The notes beneath the pieces are model-generated. The model was not told where the DNA came from. It did not search any database and was given only the letters and a program-made list of their open reading frames with translations. This document shows positions 18,076 to 26,324 of a stretch of DNA of 33,024 bases, in pieces (positions within the stretch are counted from its first letter, which is position 1; the number at the start of each line of letters is the position of its first letter). The DNA is taken from the sequence record SRR20825019_2801; one strand, written 5' to 3'. A program made the position numbers and the translations under genes.

Positions 18076-18744
18076 TCAGGCGCCGAAGGCGCCGTCTATC
18101 GTGTGCATGGCGCCTGTCACGAAACCGGCTTCCGGTCCGGCAAGCCAGGCGACCATGCCCGCAACCTCTTCGGGCTGACCGTGGCGCTTGATGGCCATAA
18201 AGCTGTGCATCAGATCCTTCATCGGTCCGTCTGCCGGATTGGCATCCGTATCAATCGGCCCCGGCTGCACCACGTTGACCGTGATACCGCGCGGCCCGAA
18301 ATCCCGGGCAAGCCCCCGCGCCAGTCCATGCATCGCCGACTTGCTCACCGCATATGAGGCCATACCGGCAAGTGGCATCCGGTCGCCGTTGACAGACCCC
18401 ATGACGATGATCCTGCCGCCTTCGGGCATGTGTCGGGCGGCTTCGACCGCTGCGTGATAGGGCGCATGGATGTTGATCTGGAAAAGCCGGTCGATCGCGT
18501 CCGGGTCCTGCTCCAGCGCATCGCCGAAGACCCCAATTCCGGAATTCACAACAAGCACGTCAAGCGGCCCGCTTTCGCGCACAGAGGCGATGACCGCATC
18601 GCGGTCGGCACTGTCGGCGCGGACGGGGGTGCTGCCGGTCTCGCTGGCGAGCTGTTCTGCCGCCTCGTGCGAGCCGGCATAGGTAAAGGTCACCTTGTCG
18701 CCCGCCTTGGCAAAGCGGCGCACGATCGCCGCGCCAACGCCCCG
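18076..18744 (-). pseudogene. bdcA: SDR oxidoreductase, BdcA-like, 5'-truncated
   Basis: Begins mid Rossmann motif (RGVGAAIVRRF), with VVNSG, GSVNGDRMP, YAVSK, VQPGPIDTDANP and TGAMHTIDGAFGA. The start codon and first beta-strand are missing. Confidence 0.82.
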
Positions 18745-18746
18745 TC

Positions 18747-19049
18747 AGCCGCCCCAGGCGTTTCAACCCGGATCAGGCCGTCGCGATAGCCCAGGGGCTG
18801 TTTCACACGAAAGGCTATGACAGGGTGAGCCTGGTAGATCTGACCGATGCCCTGCAGATCAAGCCACCCAACTTTTAAGCCGCCTTTGGCAACAAGAACG
18901 GTCTCTACGCCCGTGTTTTGGACAGATACGTTGAAACCGGTGCCATCCCCTTTTTCGAGATCCTGCGTGACGATCAGCCGGTGGCCGAGTGCCTGAAAGT
19001 GTTGCTGGAAGAAGCGGCGCGCCGTTACGGCGCAGACCCCGAGGCCCCG
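18747..19049 (+). pseudogene. bdcR: TetR regulator, BdcR-like fragment
   Basis: SRPRRFNPDQAVAIAQGLFHTKGYDRVSLVDLTDALQIKPPNF*AAFGNKNGLYARVLDRY...IPFFEILRDDQPVAECL...EEAARRY. No start codon, an in-frame TAA at 18876-18878, and the C-terminal part is absent. Confidence 0.8.
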
Positions 19050-19097
19050 AGATTTGGCCCTGAGGGTGGGAGCTGCCAGACCTCTGCTGCGCAGCGG

Positions 19098-20114
19098 TCA
19101 GCGATCAATATTGTCCAGGATGGCCTTTGTATGCGGCATCCGTGCCAACGAGTTGGCAATGCGTTCACGCCACCGTGGCCCGACCTTCAACGTGGCAGCG
19201 TAGGCTCTGGACAGATCATCGGGCCGGTCTTCGGCCATGGCTTCGATCAGAAACGCAGCCTGTTCCCTGTCCTTCGACGCCTTGAGACTGCCCGACCCGT
19301 CGCGCCGCCGGTCAGCGATGATCAGCTTGTGAATCGCATACCGTTCTGGTCGTGGCACTTGAACGAGTATGCCTGACCGATAGAGCGCCGCGGCATGGAT
19401 CGGTTCGGCGATCAGGAAGTTGAGATAATTCAGCGCCTGTGCGTTGACCCCCAACGCGGGCAGGTCGCGGATGGATTCATCCCCGAATGCAGGTGTCAGA
19501 AACTCTACCAATTGGCCGCTGCCGCCCTGCTCCCACCGCCATGTGCGTCCTCGTTCCAATCCCGGCACCGGGGCAAATTTCAGCTCCGAGAATGTCTCGG
19601 TCAGCCCCGGATCAACCCGGTCCTCCAAGGCGACGCTGAGTTTTTCAAATTGGGCGATGTCGATGTCACCGGTGTTTGCCATTCCGCCCAGGGGCAGACG
19701 AATCCCAAGCTCGCCTTCATACAGTCGAAAGGCATTTGTCCCGACAATGGTGCCTCCCAATCGAAATGTCCCGGCCGCCGCCATGGCGGACAGGATGGAC
19801 CCCGTCGCACGGTCGGTCGGCGTCAGCCCTTCTGCACGCAACAACCGGACCAGCCGCGACCGCACAGCCTGCCGTTCTTTGGCCGTGGCGCGCAACTCCT
19901 CGATACGTTCGATACGCGCGCGCATCTCGTCGGTGTCTTCGCCAATATAGATGAAACGCATATCTGTTCCGACACGGCGCGCCACATACCAATACGCTTT
20001 GTCACCGCGGTGTTTCAGCGTCGGCTTGCCCGCGACGTCGGACAGCGCATCGTCTTTCAGAAGTCTTACCAGATCAGTGTACGCGCTCATCGCGATGCTG
20101 CTGAGTGAGGTCAT
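19098..20114 (-). CDS. GSU2403-family nucleotidyltransferase-fold protein
   Basis: 338 aa. GGTIVGTNAF...TGDIDIA (G-[TS] plus DxD polymerase-beta NTase motif), VEFLTP, VPRPERYAIHKLII and KASKDREQA. N-terminal region has YWY and a coiled-coil-like segment. Confidence 0.8.
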   Translation of the reverse strand: MTSLSSIAMSAYTDLVRLLKDDALSDVAGKPTLKHRGDKAYWYVARRVGTDMRFIYIGEDTDEMRARIERIEELRATAKERQAVRSRLVRLLRAEGLTPTDRATGSILSAMAAAGTFRLGGTIVGTNAFRLYEGELGIRLPLGGMANTGDIDIAQFEKLSVALEDRVDPGLTETFSELKFAPVPGLERGRTWRWEQGGSGQLVEFLTPAFGDESIRDLPALGVNAQALNYLNFLIAEPIHAAALYRSGILVQVPRPERYAIHKLIIADRRRDGSGSLKASKDREQAAFLIEAMAEDRPDDLSRAYAATLKVGPRWRERIANSLARMPHTKAILDNIDR

Positions 20115-20177
20115 GCCTATCGTTTCCAGGTTTTGATAGGCACGTGTATACCTAGCAAAAACCTAAATTGCTAGGCA
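20114..20177. promoter_or_regulatory. Paired inverted repeats upstream of the nucleotidyltransferase
   Basis: CCTATC-N13-GATAGG (20116-20140) and CCTAGC-N13-GCTAGG (20151-20175), 35 bp apart. Together they form an imperfect ~64-bp palindrome. Confidence 0.65.
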
Positions 20178-20218
20178 CAAAGTGATCGGCGGCAAAAACG
20201 ACGCGTGGATGGTCAAGC

Positions 20219-21904
20219 TCAATGCCAGTGACGGCATTTCGAAGTCTTGCCGATACCGGGGTTGAAAGTGTTGGTGGGGTCCAGGCTGCGATAAAAGTCA
20301 CGCAGGGCGGGCTTGGCATCGTAGAGATGGCCGACGTTGTGCTCGGCCGGATACTCCGCGCCGCGTGCATCCAGCAAGGCGCAGATCTGATGTTCCAATG
20401 CGTCACAGTCCACGCCCTTTTTCACCAGATATTCCTGATGCATGACCTGACAGAAAAAGTGACCGACATAGATTTTCAGCGCCATCTGCCGTGACAGCTC
20501 TTCGGGCAGCGTCTCGAACCAGTCCATGGTGTCGCGCGGCAGGGCGACGTCCAGCGCGACGATGTCTTCCACCGTGCGTTTGTGCACTGCGCGGTAGCGC
20601 ACCACGGCGCTGCCCACGGTAAAGCGGTTGAGGAAAGCCGCCTTGCCTTCCGCGTCCGTGCATTCAAGGAAATTGCCCGTAGCACTTGGGAAGATCGAGC
20701 CAAGATAGGCGCGCAGGGTGTCAATGCAGGTATCTCCGGCCCGGATCATCAGGTGGTGGGGATACATGTCGCGATAGGCGATCAACCGCTTTGGCATCTG
20801 TTCGGGGAGGATACGGCTGAAAAGCTGGAGCAGATGATCCGACACCGCCTTGCCCAGCCCCAGACGCTCTGTCACCCCGTCGAACCAGCTTTTGGCGGCA
20901 AAGGCGCGGGGCACGTTGACCGTGCCGAAGCTGCGGATGAAGAGGTAGAGATCCTTGCCCCAGACCTGGGCTGCGCGGAACGCATCTGCATGCATGTATT
21001 CCCCCGCGATCGGCAGGGTCGGGAAGGTCGCCAGAATGTGTCGGCGGATCGTCTGCAACTCGCTCGGATCGCTGGTGCCGATGTAAAAGACCCTCTCTTC
21101 CTGCGCCACGGCGAACGTTTCCAGCCGCACGGCAAAGACGCCAATCTTGCCTGCCGAACCCGAGGCTTCATAATGGCGTCGCGGGTCGGCGTTGAAACGG
21201 GCCGGTGTCGGCGCGGCGATGCCGCGCACGTGGTCCTTGTAGTTGATGTCCGACGCCTGACGTCCTTGCGGAAAGTCGACATCCGCCTCTGAATACCTGC
21301 CGTGATCAAGCCGGTCGAGAATGGCAAGCGGCGCGTCGCCAAGGCGCATGCCAAGGTGGTTCATCAGATGCAGGCGGCCCTCTGCATCGACCTGCGCAAA
21401 CAGGGAAAACTCGGTATAGGCCGGTCCGCGCTGGACCAGCGAGCCGCCGGAATTGTTGCAGACGCCACCGGTGACTGACGCGCCGATGCAGCTTGATCCG
21501 ATCACCGAATGCGGCCCCCGGCCCATGGGCTTCAGCCTCCGCTCCAACTGGTCAAGCGTAGCACCGGGCATGCACAGAACCTGTCGCCCGCCATCCAGCA
21601 GATCTATGCGTCTGTTGCGCAGGGTCGAGATGATGACGATCAGCCTGTCGTAGCCTTCTCCGAACGGGGTCGATCCGCCGGTCAGGCCCGTGTTCGCCGC
21701 CTGAAAGATGATGGCAACATCCGCGGCGACACAGGCTTCGAGAACCTTCCACTGCTCGACCAATGTCCCCGGCTCGACGGCAGCCAGCACCTCGCCATCG
21801 CCGTAGCGATAGCCGCGCCGGAAGCGGCGGGTGCCTCTGGCTCCGGTATGAACATGGCGGCGACCCACGATGTCCTGAAGCTGAGGGATGAGCGTCCCTG
21901 TCAT
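20219..21904 (-). CDS. dld: Quinone-dependent FAD D-lactate dehydrogenase
   Basis: QAANTGLTGGSTP, HSVIGSSCIGASVTGGVCNNSGGSLVQRGPAYTE, GHFFCQVMHQ, RGAEYPAEHNVGHLY and DPTNTFNPGIGKTSK. ATG at 21904 with SD GGAAGG. Confidence 0.92.
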   Translation of the reverse strand: MTGTLIPQLQDIVGRRHVHTGARGTRRFRRGYRYGDGEVLAAVEPGTLVEQWKVLEACVAADVAIIFQAANTGLTGGSTPFGEGYDRLIVIISTLRNRRIDLLDGGRQVLCMPGATLDQLERRLKPMGRGPHSVIGSSCIGASVTGGVCNNSGGSLVQRGPAYTEFSLFAQVDAEGRLHLMNHLGMRLGDAPLAILDRLDHGRYSEADVDFPQGRQASDINYKDHVRGIAAPTPARFNADPRRHYEASGSAGKIGVFAVRLETFAVAQEERVFYIGTSDPSELQTIRRHILATFPTLPIAGEYMHADAFRAAQVWGKDLYLFIRSFGTVNVPRAFAAKSWFDGVTERLGLGKAVSDHLLQLFSRILPEQMPKRLIAYRDMYPHHLMIRAGDTCIDTLRAYLGSIFPSATGNFLECTDAEGKAAFLNRFTVGSAVVRYRAVHKRTVEDIVALDVALPRDTMDWFETLPEELSRQMALKIYVGHFFCQVMHQEYLVKKGVDCDALEHQICALLDARGAEYPAEHNVGHLYDAKPALRDFYRSLDPTNTFNPGIGKTSKCRHWH

Positions 21905-21935
21905 GGCTTTCAAACCTTCCGAATTGATCCCGACA

Positions 21936-21957
21936 CCGGCCCCGTCACAGGGGCCGG
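21936..21957 (-). other. Intercistronic hairpin between dctM and dld
   Basis: CCGGCCCC-GTCACA-GGGGCCGG, a perfect 8-bp stem. Confidence 0.5.
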
Positions 21958-21981
21958 CGCGAGTGTTGAACTCAGGCGTGA

Positions 21982-23259
21982 TCAGCGCCCGATCAGCGCC
22001 GGCAATGTCATGCTGACGGCCGGCACAAAGGCGATCACCAGAAGGCAGAGCACGATGACGGACACGAAGACCATCAGCGGCCTAAGCATCTGCGTCACCG
22101 AGCAACCGGCAATCTGCGCAGCGGCGAAGAGGTTGACGCCCAGTGGCGGCGTGATCATGCCAAGCGCCAGGTTGACCACCATGACGGTGCCAAAGTGGAC
22201 CGGAGCGATGCCGACGCGGGCCGCTGCATCCTGCAGGATCGGTGCCAGAACGATGATGCTGGCCCCTGTCTCGATGAACATGCCGATGACAAACAGCATC
22301 GCGTTGATTGCCAGCATCAGCGAAACAGGGCCCTCAAAGGTGCTGGTCAGCCAGAGTGCTGCCGCATCGGGGACGCCCTCGCGGTTCAGCAGATAGCCCA
22401 TCAGGCTGGCGGTGCCGATGATGAACATGATGACGGCAGAGGTAATGACCGACTTGCGGAAGGCTCTGACCAGGTCGGCCAGGGACATTTCCCGGTGCAG
22501 CAACAGGCCCACCACCATGGCATAGAACACGGCGATGACGCTGGCTTCGGTCGGTGTCGTCACGCCGCCGTAGATACCGCCCATGATCAGCACCGGCATC
22601 AGCAGCGCCCAGATGGCGCGGCGCGCCGCCGTCAGCCGTGGCAGGCTGCCCTCACCGTCGCACTTGCCCCAGCCCTTGACCCGGCACCAGATGACAGAGG
22701 TCACAAGCAAGGCCCCGGCAATCAGCAGACCCGGCACGATCCCCGCCAGGAACAGTTGCGGAATCGAAGTCTGCGTGGCGACGCCATACAGGATCATCGG
22801 GATCGACGGGGGAATGATCACGCCCAGCTCGGCGGACGTCGCCATCAGCGCTGCGACGAAACCAAACGGGTAGCCCAGGTTGCGCATGGCTGGAATGAGG
22901 ACGACGCCGACGGCAAAGGTTGTTGCAACGCTGGATCCGGAGATGGCGGAAAACAACATGCAGGTGATGACGCATGTTGCCGCAAGCCCGCCCTGGATCT
23001 GTCCGACAAACGAGCGGGCAAAGTCGACTAGACGACGGGACAGGCCGCCCACTTCCATCAGGTTGCCCGCAAGGATGAAGAACGGAATCGCCGCCAGCGG
23101 AAACTTGTCCAGGGCGATAAAGACCTGTTGGGGAATGACGATGGGGGGCAGGCTGGTGAAACCAAAAAGCCCGATCATGGAGGCAAGGCCGATGGAAATG
23201 GCGATGGGCACCGAGATGACAAAGAGCAGCATCATCGCAGAGACAATTGCACCGGTCAT
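21982..23259 (-). CDS. dctM: TRAP transporter large permease
   Basis: FPLAAIPFFILAGNLM, SGSSVAT, IIPPSIPMILY, TPTEAS and ITPPLGVNLF. Confidence 0.93.
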   Translation of the reverse strand: MTGAIVSAMMLLFVISVPIAISIGLASMIGLFGFTSLPPIVIPQQVFIALDKFPLAAIPFFILAGNLMEVGGLSRRLVDFARSFVGQIQGGLAATCVITCMLFSAISGSSVATTFAVGVVLIPAMRNLGYPFGFVAALMATSAELGVIIPPSIPMILYGVATQTSIPQLFLAGIVPGLLIAGALLVTSVIWCRVKGWGKCDGEGSLPRLTAARRAIWALLMPVLIMGGIYGGVTTPTEASVIAVFYAMVVGLLLHREMSLADLVRAFRKSVITSAVIMFIIGTASLMGYLLNREGVPDAAALWLTSTFEGPVSLMLAINAMLFVIGMFIETGASIIVLAPILQDAAARVGIAPVHFGTVMVVNLALGMITPPLGVNLFAAAQIAGCSVTQMLRPLMVFVSVIVLCLLVIAFVPAVSMTLPALIGR

Positions 23260-23747
23260 CGCGCGATCTCCTTTCCGGACTGAAGGAAATGCACGACCGC
23301 ACCAAGGGCGGCAAAGAGCGACCCCACCGGAATTGCCGCGTAGCCCCAGGCCATGGAAATCTCCAGGCCGGCCATTTCCTGCATCCGCACCCGCTGAGCG
23401 GTGGCGATGCCGTACCAGAACAGCGTGGCGAACATGATCAGGCAGGAGATCAGCGAAACTGCCTCGATGGCGCGGCGCAACCGTCCGGTTGCGTTTTCCC
23501 GCGCGAGATCAATGGCGACCAGTGCGCCGTGGCGCAGGGCGACCGAAACGCCAAGCAGCACCATCCACACCAGAGCCAGACGGGTCAGGGCTTCGGACCA
23601 GGTTGCAGGCGCGTGAAAGACGAAACGGCCCAGCACCTGCCAGAAGCTGGAGACGACCGCGATGGCGAGTGCAAGGGAGGCAGCCGCAGCCACCCCCCCT
23701 GCAACGGCCCAGTCAATGCGACGGAGCAATGTGGCCGTGGCGCTCAT
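23256..23747 (-). CDS. dctQ: TRAP transporter small permease
   Basis: Four hydrophobic segments, with QVLGRFVF...WSEALTR...WMVLLG. Overlaps dctP and dctM. Confidence 0.88.
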   Translation of the reverse strand: MSATATLLRRIDWAVAGGVAAAASLALAIAVVSSFWQVLGRFVFHAPATWSEALTRLALVWMVLLGVSVALRHGALVAIDLARENATGRLRRAIEAVSLISCLIMFATLFWYGIATAQRVRMQEMAGLEISMAWGYAAIPVGSLFAALGAVVHFLQSGKEIAR

Positions 23748-24724
23748 CAGGTCTTCCAGTCCCGGATGCGCTTGATGAGATCCGCGCCGAACGCGTCTTC
23801 GAACCCGGCATTGGCAGAGGCCATTGCCGCGCGATAGGCATCGCGATCCTCAACCTCGACAACGTCGATGCCGCGATCCCGCAGAACCTCGATGCCATTG
23901 GATTCGTCGTCTTCCACCCGCGCACGGTTCGCGGCGGATGCGGCCTTGCCGGCCTCGTCCACTGCGGCCTTCTGCTCATCCGTCAGGCTGGCGATGAAGT
24001 CCGGATTGCAGACCAGGATGCCCGGCGAATAGACATGGCGCGTCAGGTAGAGGTGCTTTTGCATCATGTCGAGGTTGTTCGACAGGATCACCGGGATCGG
24101 ATTTTCCTGACCATCGACTGTGCCCTGCTGCAGGGCCGATGGCAGTTCCTAGAAGGCCATCGGTGTTGGCAGGACGCCGGCCGCTTTCCAGGCGTCCATG
24201 TGCACCTGGTTCTCCATGGTGCGGATCTTCATGCCTTGCAGATCTTCCGGCGAGGCGACGGCCTTGGTCCCCGTCGTCAGGTTGCGGAAGCCATTTTCCA
24301 TCCATACCACACCGTACAGACCGCGCCCGGGGAACAAGTCGAGAAGGTCCTGGCCAATCTCCGAGTCGAGAACGCCACGGGCGTGCTGGTAGTCATCGAA
24401 CAGGAAAGGGATGTCCAGAACACGGGTCTCGGGCACGAAATTGCCAAGCGGACCGGCCGATCCCATGGCACATTCCTGCGCGCCGAACTGAACGCTTTCC
24501 AGTGCTTCCCGCTCGTTATCAAGACGCTGGATAACGACATTGAGCGCGCCTCCGGACTGCTCTTCGGCCACCTCCTTGAAGGCGGTCGCGGCAACGCCGA
24601 AATGGCTGTCGGCGGGCGACGAATGTGTGAGGGTCAGCGTTGTCTGGGCCGCGGCGCTCAGGACGCCTTCTGCCAAGAACACGCCAGCCAGAAGGGCTGT
24701 CTTTGTGGTGTCTGCAAATTTCAT
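23747..24724 (-). pseudogene. dctP: TRAP substrate-binding protein DctP with internal amber stop
   Basis: Two ORFs in the same frame are joined by TAG at 24151-24149: ...ENGFRN...DLQGMKIRTM...[23 protein letters not shown]..., 326 codons in total. Confidence 0.88.
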
Positions 24725-24747
24725 GTGGTTTCCTCCTCCACGTTAAA

Positions 24748-24770
24748 GACATGCCCCGTGGGGGCATGTC
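24748..24770 (-). other. Intercistronic hairpin between the aldehyde dehydrogenase and dctP
   Basis: GACATGCCCC-GTG-GGGGCATGTC, a perfect 10-bp stem followed by TTTAA on the minus strand. Confidence 0.55.
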
Positions 24771-24781
24771 CTGACTGAGTG

Positions 24782-26296
24782 CTAGAGCACTCCCTCCGGC
24801 AGCAGGGCCGCCGGAAAATTCTGGTAGCTGACCGGGCGCAAGAAGCGGCGGATCGACAGGGTGCCCACGCTGGTGGCGCCAAAGTTGGTCGAGGCCGGGT
24901 ATGGTCCGCCATGCACCATGGAATCGACCACCTCCACACCGGTCGGGAATCCGTTGACGAGCACGCGCCCGGCCTTGCGCTCCAGCACGGGCAAAAGCAT
25001 TTTTGCCAGCGGCATGTCGTCGTCATCCATGTGCAGGGTGACTGTCAGCTGTCCCTGCAGGCTCTGCGCGACGCGGCGCATCTCGTCGCCGTCCTCCACC
25101 CGGACAACAAGGCCCAGCGGCCCAAAGACCTCTTCGGCAAGCGCATGATCGGCAAGGAACTGGCTAGCCGTGGTCTCGTAAAGGTTCGGATTGGCGCTGC
25201 GTCCGGCCGAGACCGTCTCGAGCACCGGGTTCACGGTCTCGCGGTCCTTCAGACGTGCTTGGCCCGCGTGGTAGGCCCGGGCGATGCCCTCGGTCAGCAT
25301 CACTTGCTCCGGGATCTTGGCGAGCGCGTCCCGTGCGGCGGCCACGAAGTCATCCGCATCGGAGCCCGCGATCACGACTGCAATGCCCGGATTGGTACAG
25401 AACTGGCCTGCGCCCATTGTCAGCGATGCGGCCCATCCTGCGCCAAGCGCACTGGCGTTGGCCCCGACGGCAGCCGGCAGGACGAACATCGGGTTGACGC
25501 TGCCCAGCTCGCCGAAAAATGGGATCGGCTCGGCACGGCCTGCGCACAGATCGAACAGCGCACGGCCACCTGCCAGCGATCCGGTAAAGCCGACGGCCTT
25601 GATCAGCGGATGCGTGACAAGGGCGGCCCCCACCTCGCGGTTGCCCCCCTGCACAAGGCTGAAGACGCCCGGATCCATCCCCAGCTTGGAAATGGCGGCA
25701 AGGATCGCTTCGGCAACGATTTCACCGGTGCCGGGATGGGCCGAATGGCCTTTCACCACCACGGGACAGCCCGCGGCAAGGGCAGCAGCCGTGTCACCGC
25801 CCGCCGTCGAGAAGGCGAGCGGAAAGTTCGAGGCACCAAAGACGGCAACCGGACCGACCGGGCGCTGCATGAGGCGAATTTCCGGGCGCGGTGCGGGCTG
25901 CCGGTCTGGTTGGGCCGCATCAAAACGACGGTCCAGATAATCACCCTTTTCGATATGGTCGGCGAACAGGCGCAACTGTCCAGTGGTGCGCCCGCGCTCA
26001 CCCTCCAGCCGGGCCGTCGGCAGGCCGCTTTCCCGGCAGCCGATCTCGGTGATGGCAGCGCCACGGACTTCGATCTCGTCGGCAATGGTCCGCAGCAGTG
26101 CGGCGCGCTCTGCCACAGAGGCGTAGCCATAGGACCAGAAGGCAGCTTCCGCAGCCTCCGCCGCGCGGTTCACAAGCGCCACGGTCCCCAGCGCGAAGGT
26201 ATCGGGCGCGCCGGATACGGGTTCGTTTTGGAAGCGATCGGGCGTTGCCACCCACTCTCCCGCGATCAGGTGCTTGCCGTGTGGCGCATATGTCAT
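24782..26296 (-). CDS. NAD(P)+ aldehyde dehydrogenase, alpha-ketoglutaric semialdehyde dehydrogenase-like
   Basis: VFGASNFPLAFSTAGGDTAAALAAGCPVVVK, GFTGS, ELGSVNP, GQFCTNPG, EEVFGP and VHGGPYPAST. SD GGAGG. Confidence 0.9.
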   Translation of the reverse strand: MTYAPHGKHLIAGEWVATPDRFQNEPVSGAPDTFALGTVALVNRAAEAAEAAFWSYGYASVAERAALLRTIADEIEVRGAAITEIGCRESGLPTARLEGERGRTTGQLRLFADHIEKGDYLDRRFDAAQPDRQPAPRPEIRLMQRPVGPVAVFGASNFPLAFSTAGGDTAAALAAGCPVVVKGHSAHPGTGEIVAEAILAAISKLGMDPGVFSLVQGGNREVGAALVTHPLIKAVGFTGSLAGGRALFDLCAGRAEPIPFFGELGSVNPMFVLPAAVGANASALGAGWAASLTMGAGQFCTNPGIAVVIAGSDADDFVAAARDALAKIPEQVMLTEGIARAYHAGQARLKDRETVNPVLETVSAGRSANPNLYETTASQFLADHALAEEVFGPLGLVVRVEDGDEMRRVAQSLQGQLTVTLHMDDDDMPLAKMLLPVLERKAGRVLVNGFPTGVEVVDSMVHGGPYPASTNFGATSVGTLSIRRFLRPVSYQNFPAALLPEGVL

Positions 26297-26324
26297 CGGT
26301 TTCCTCCCAGATAATCGGCCGCGC

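Noticed and set aside
18918-19376. 152-aa plus-strand ORF
   Set aside because: Its first ~44 codons are the bdcR remnant, and the rest is antisense to the nucleotidyltransferase.
24149-24151. Programmed amber readthrough (pyrrolysine) in dctP
   Set aside because: No pyl genes are in the window and they are not expected in this lineage. A point mutation or sequencing error is simpler.
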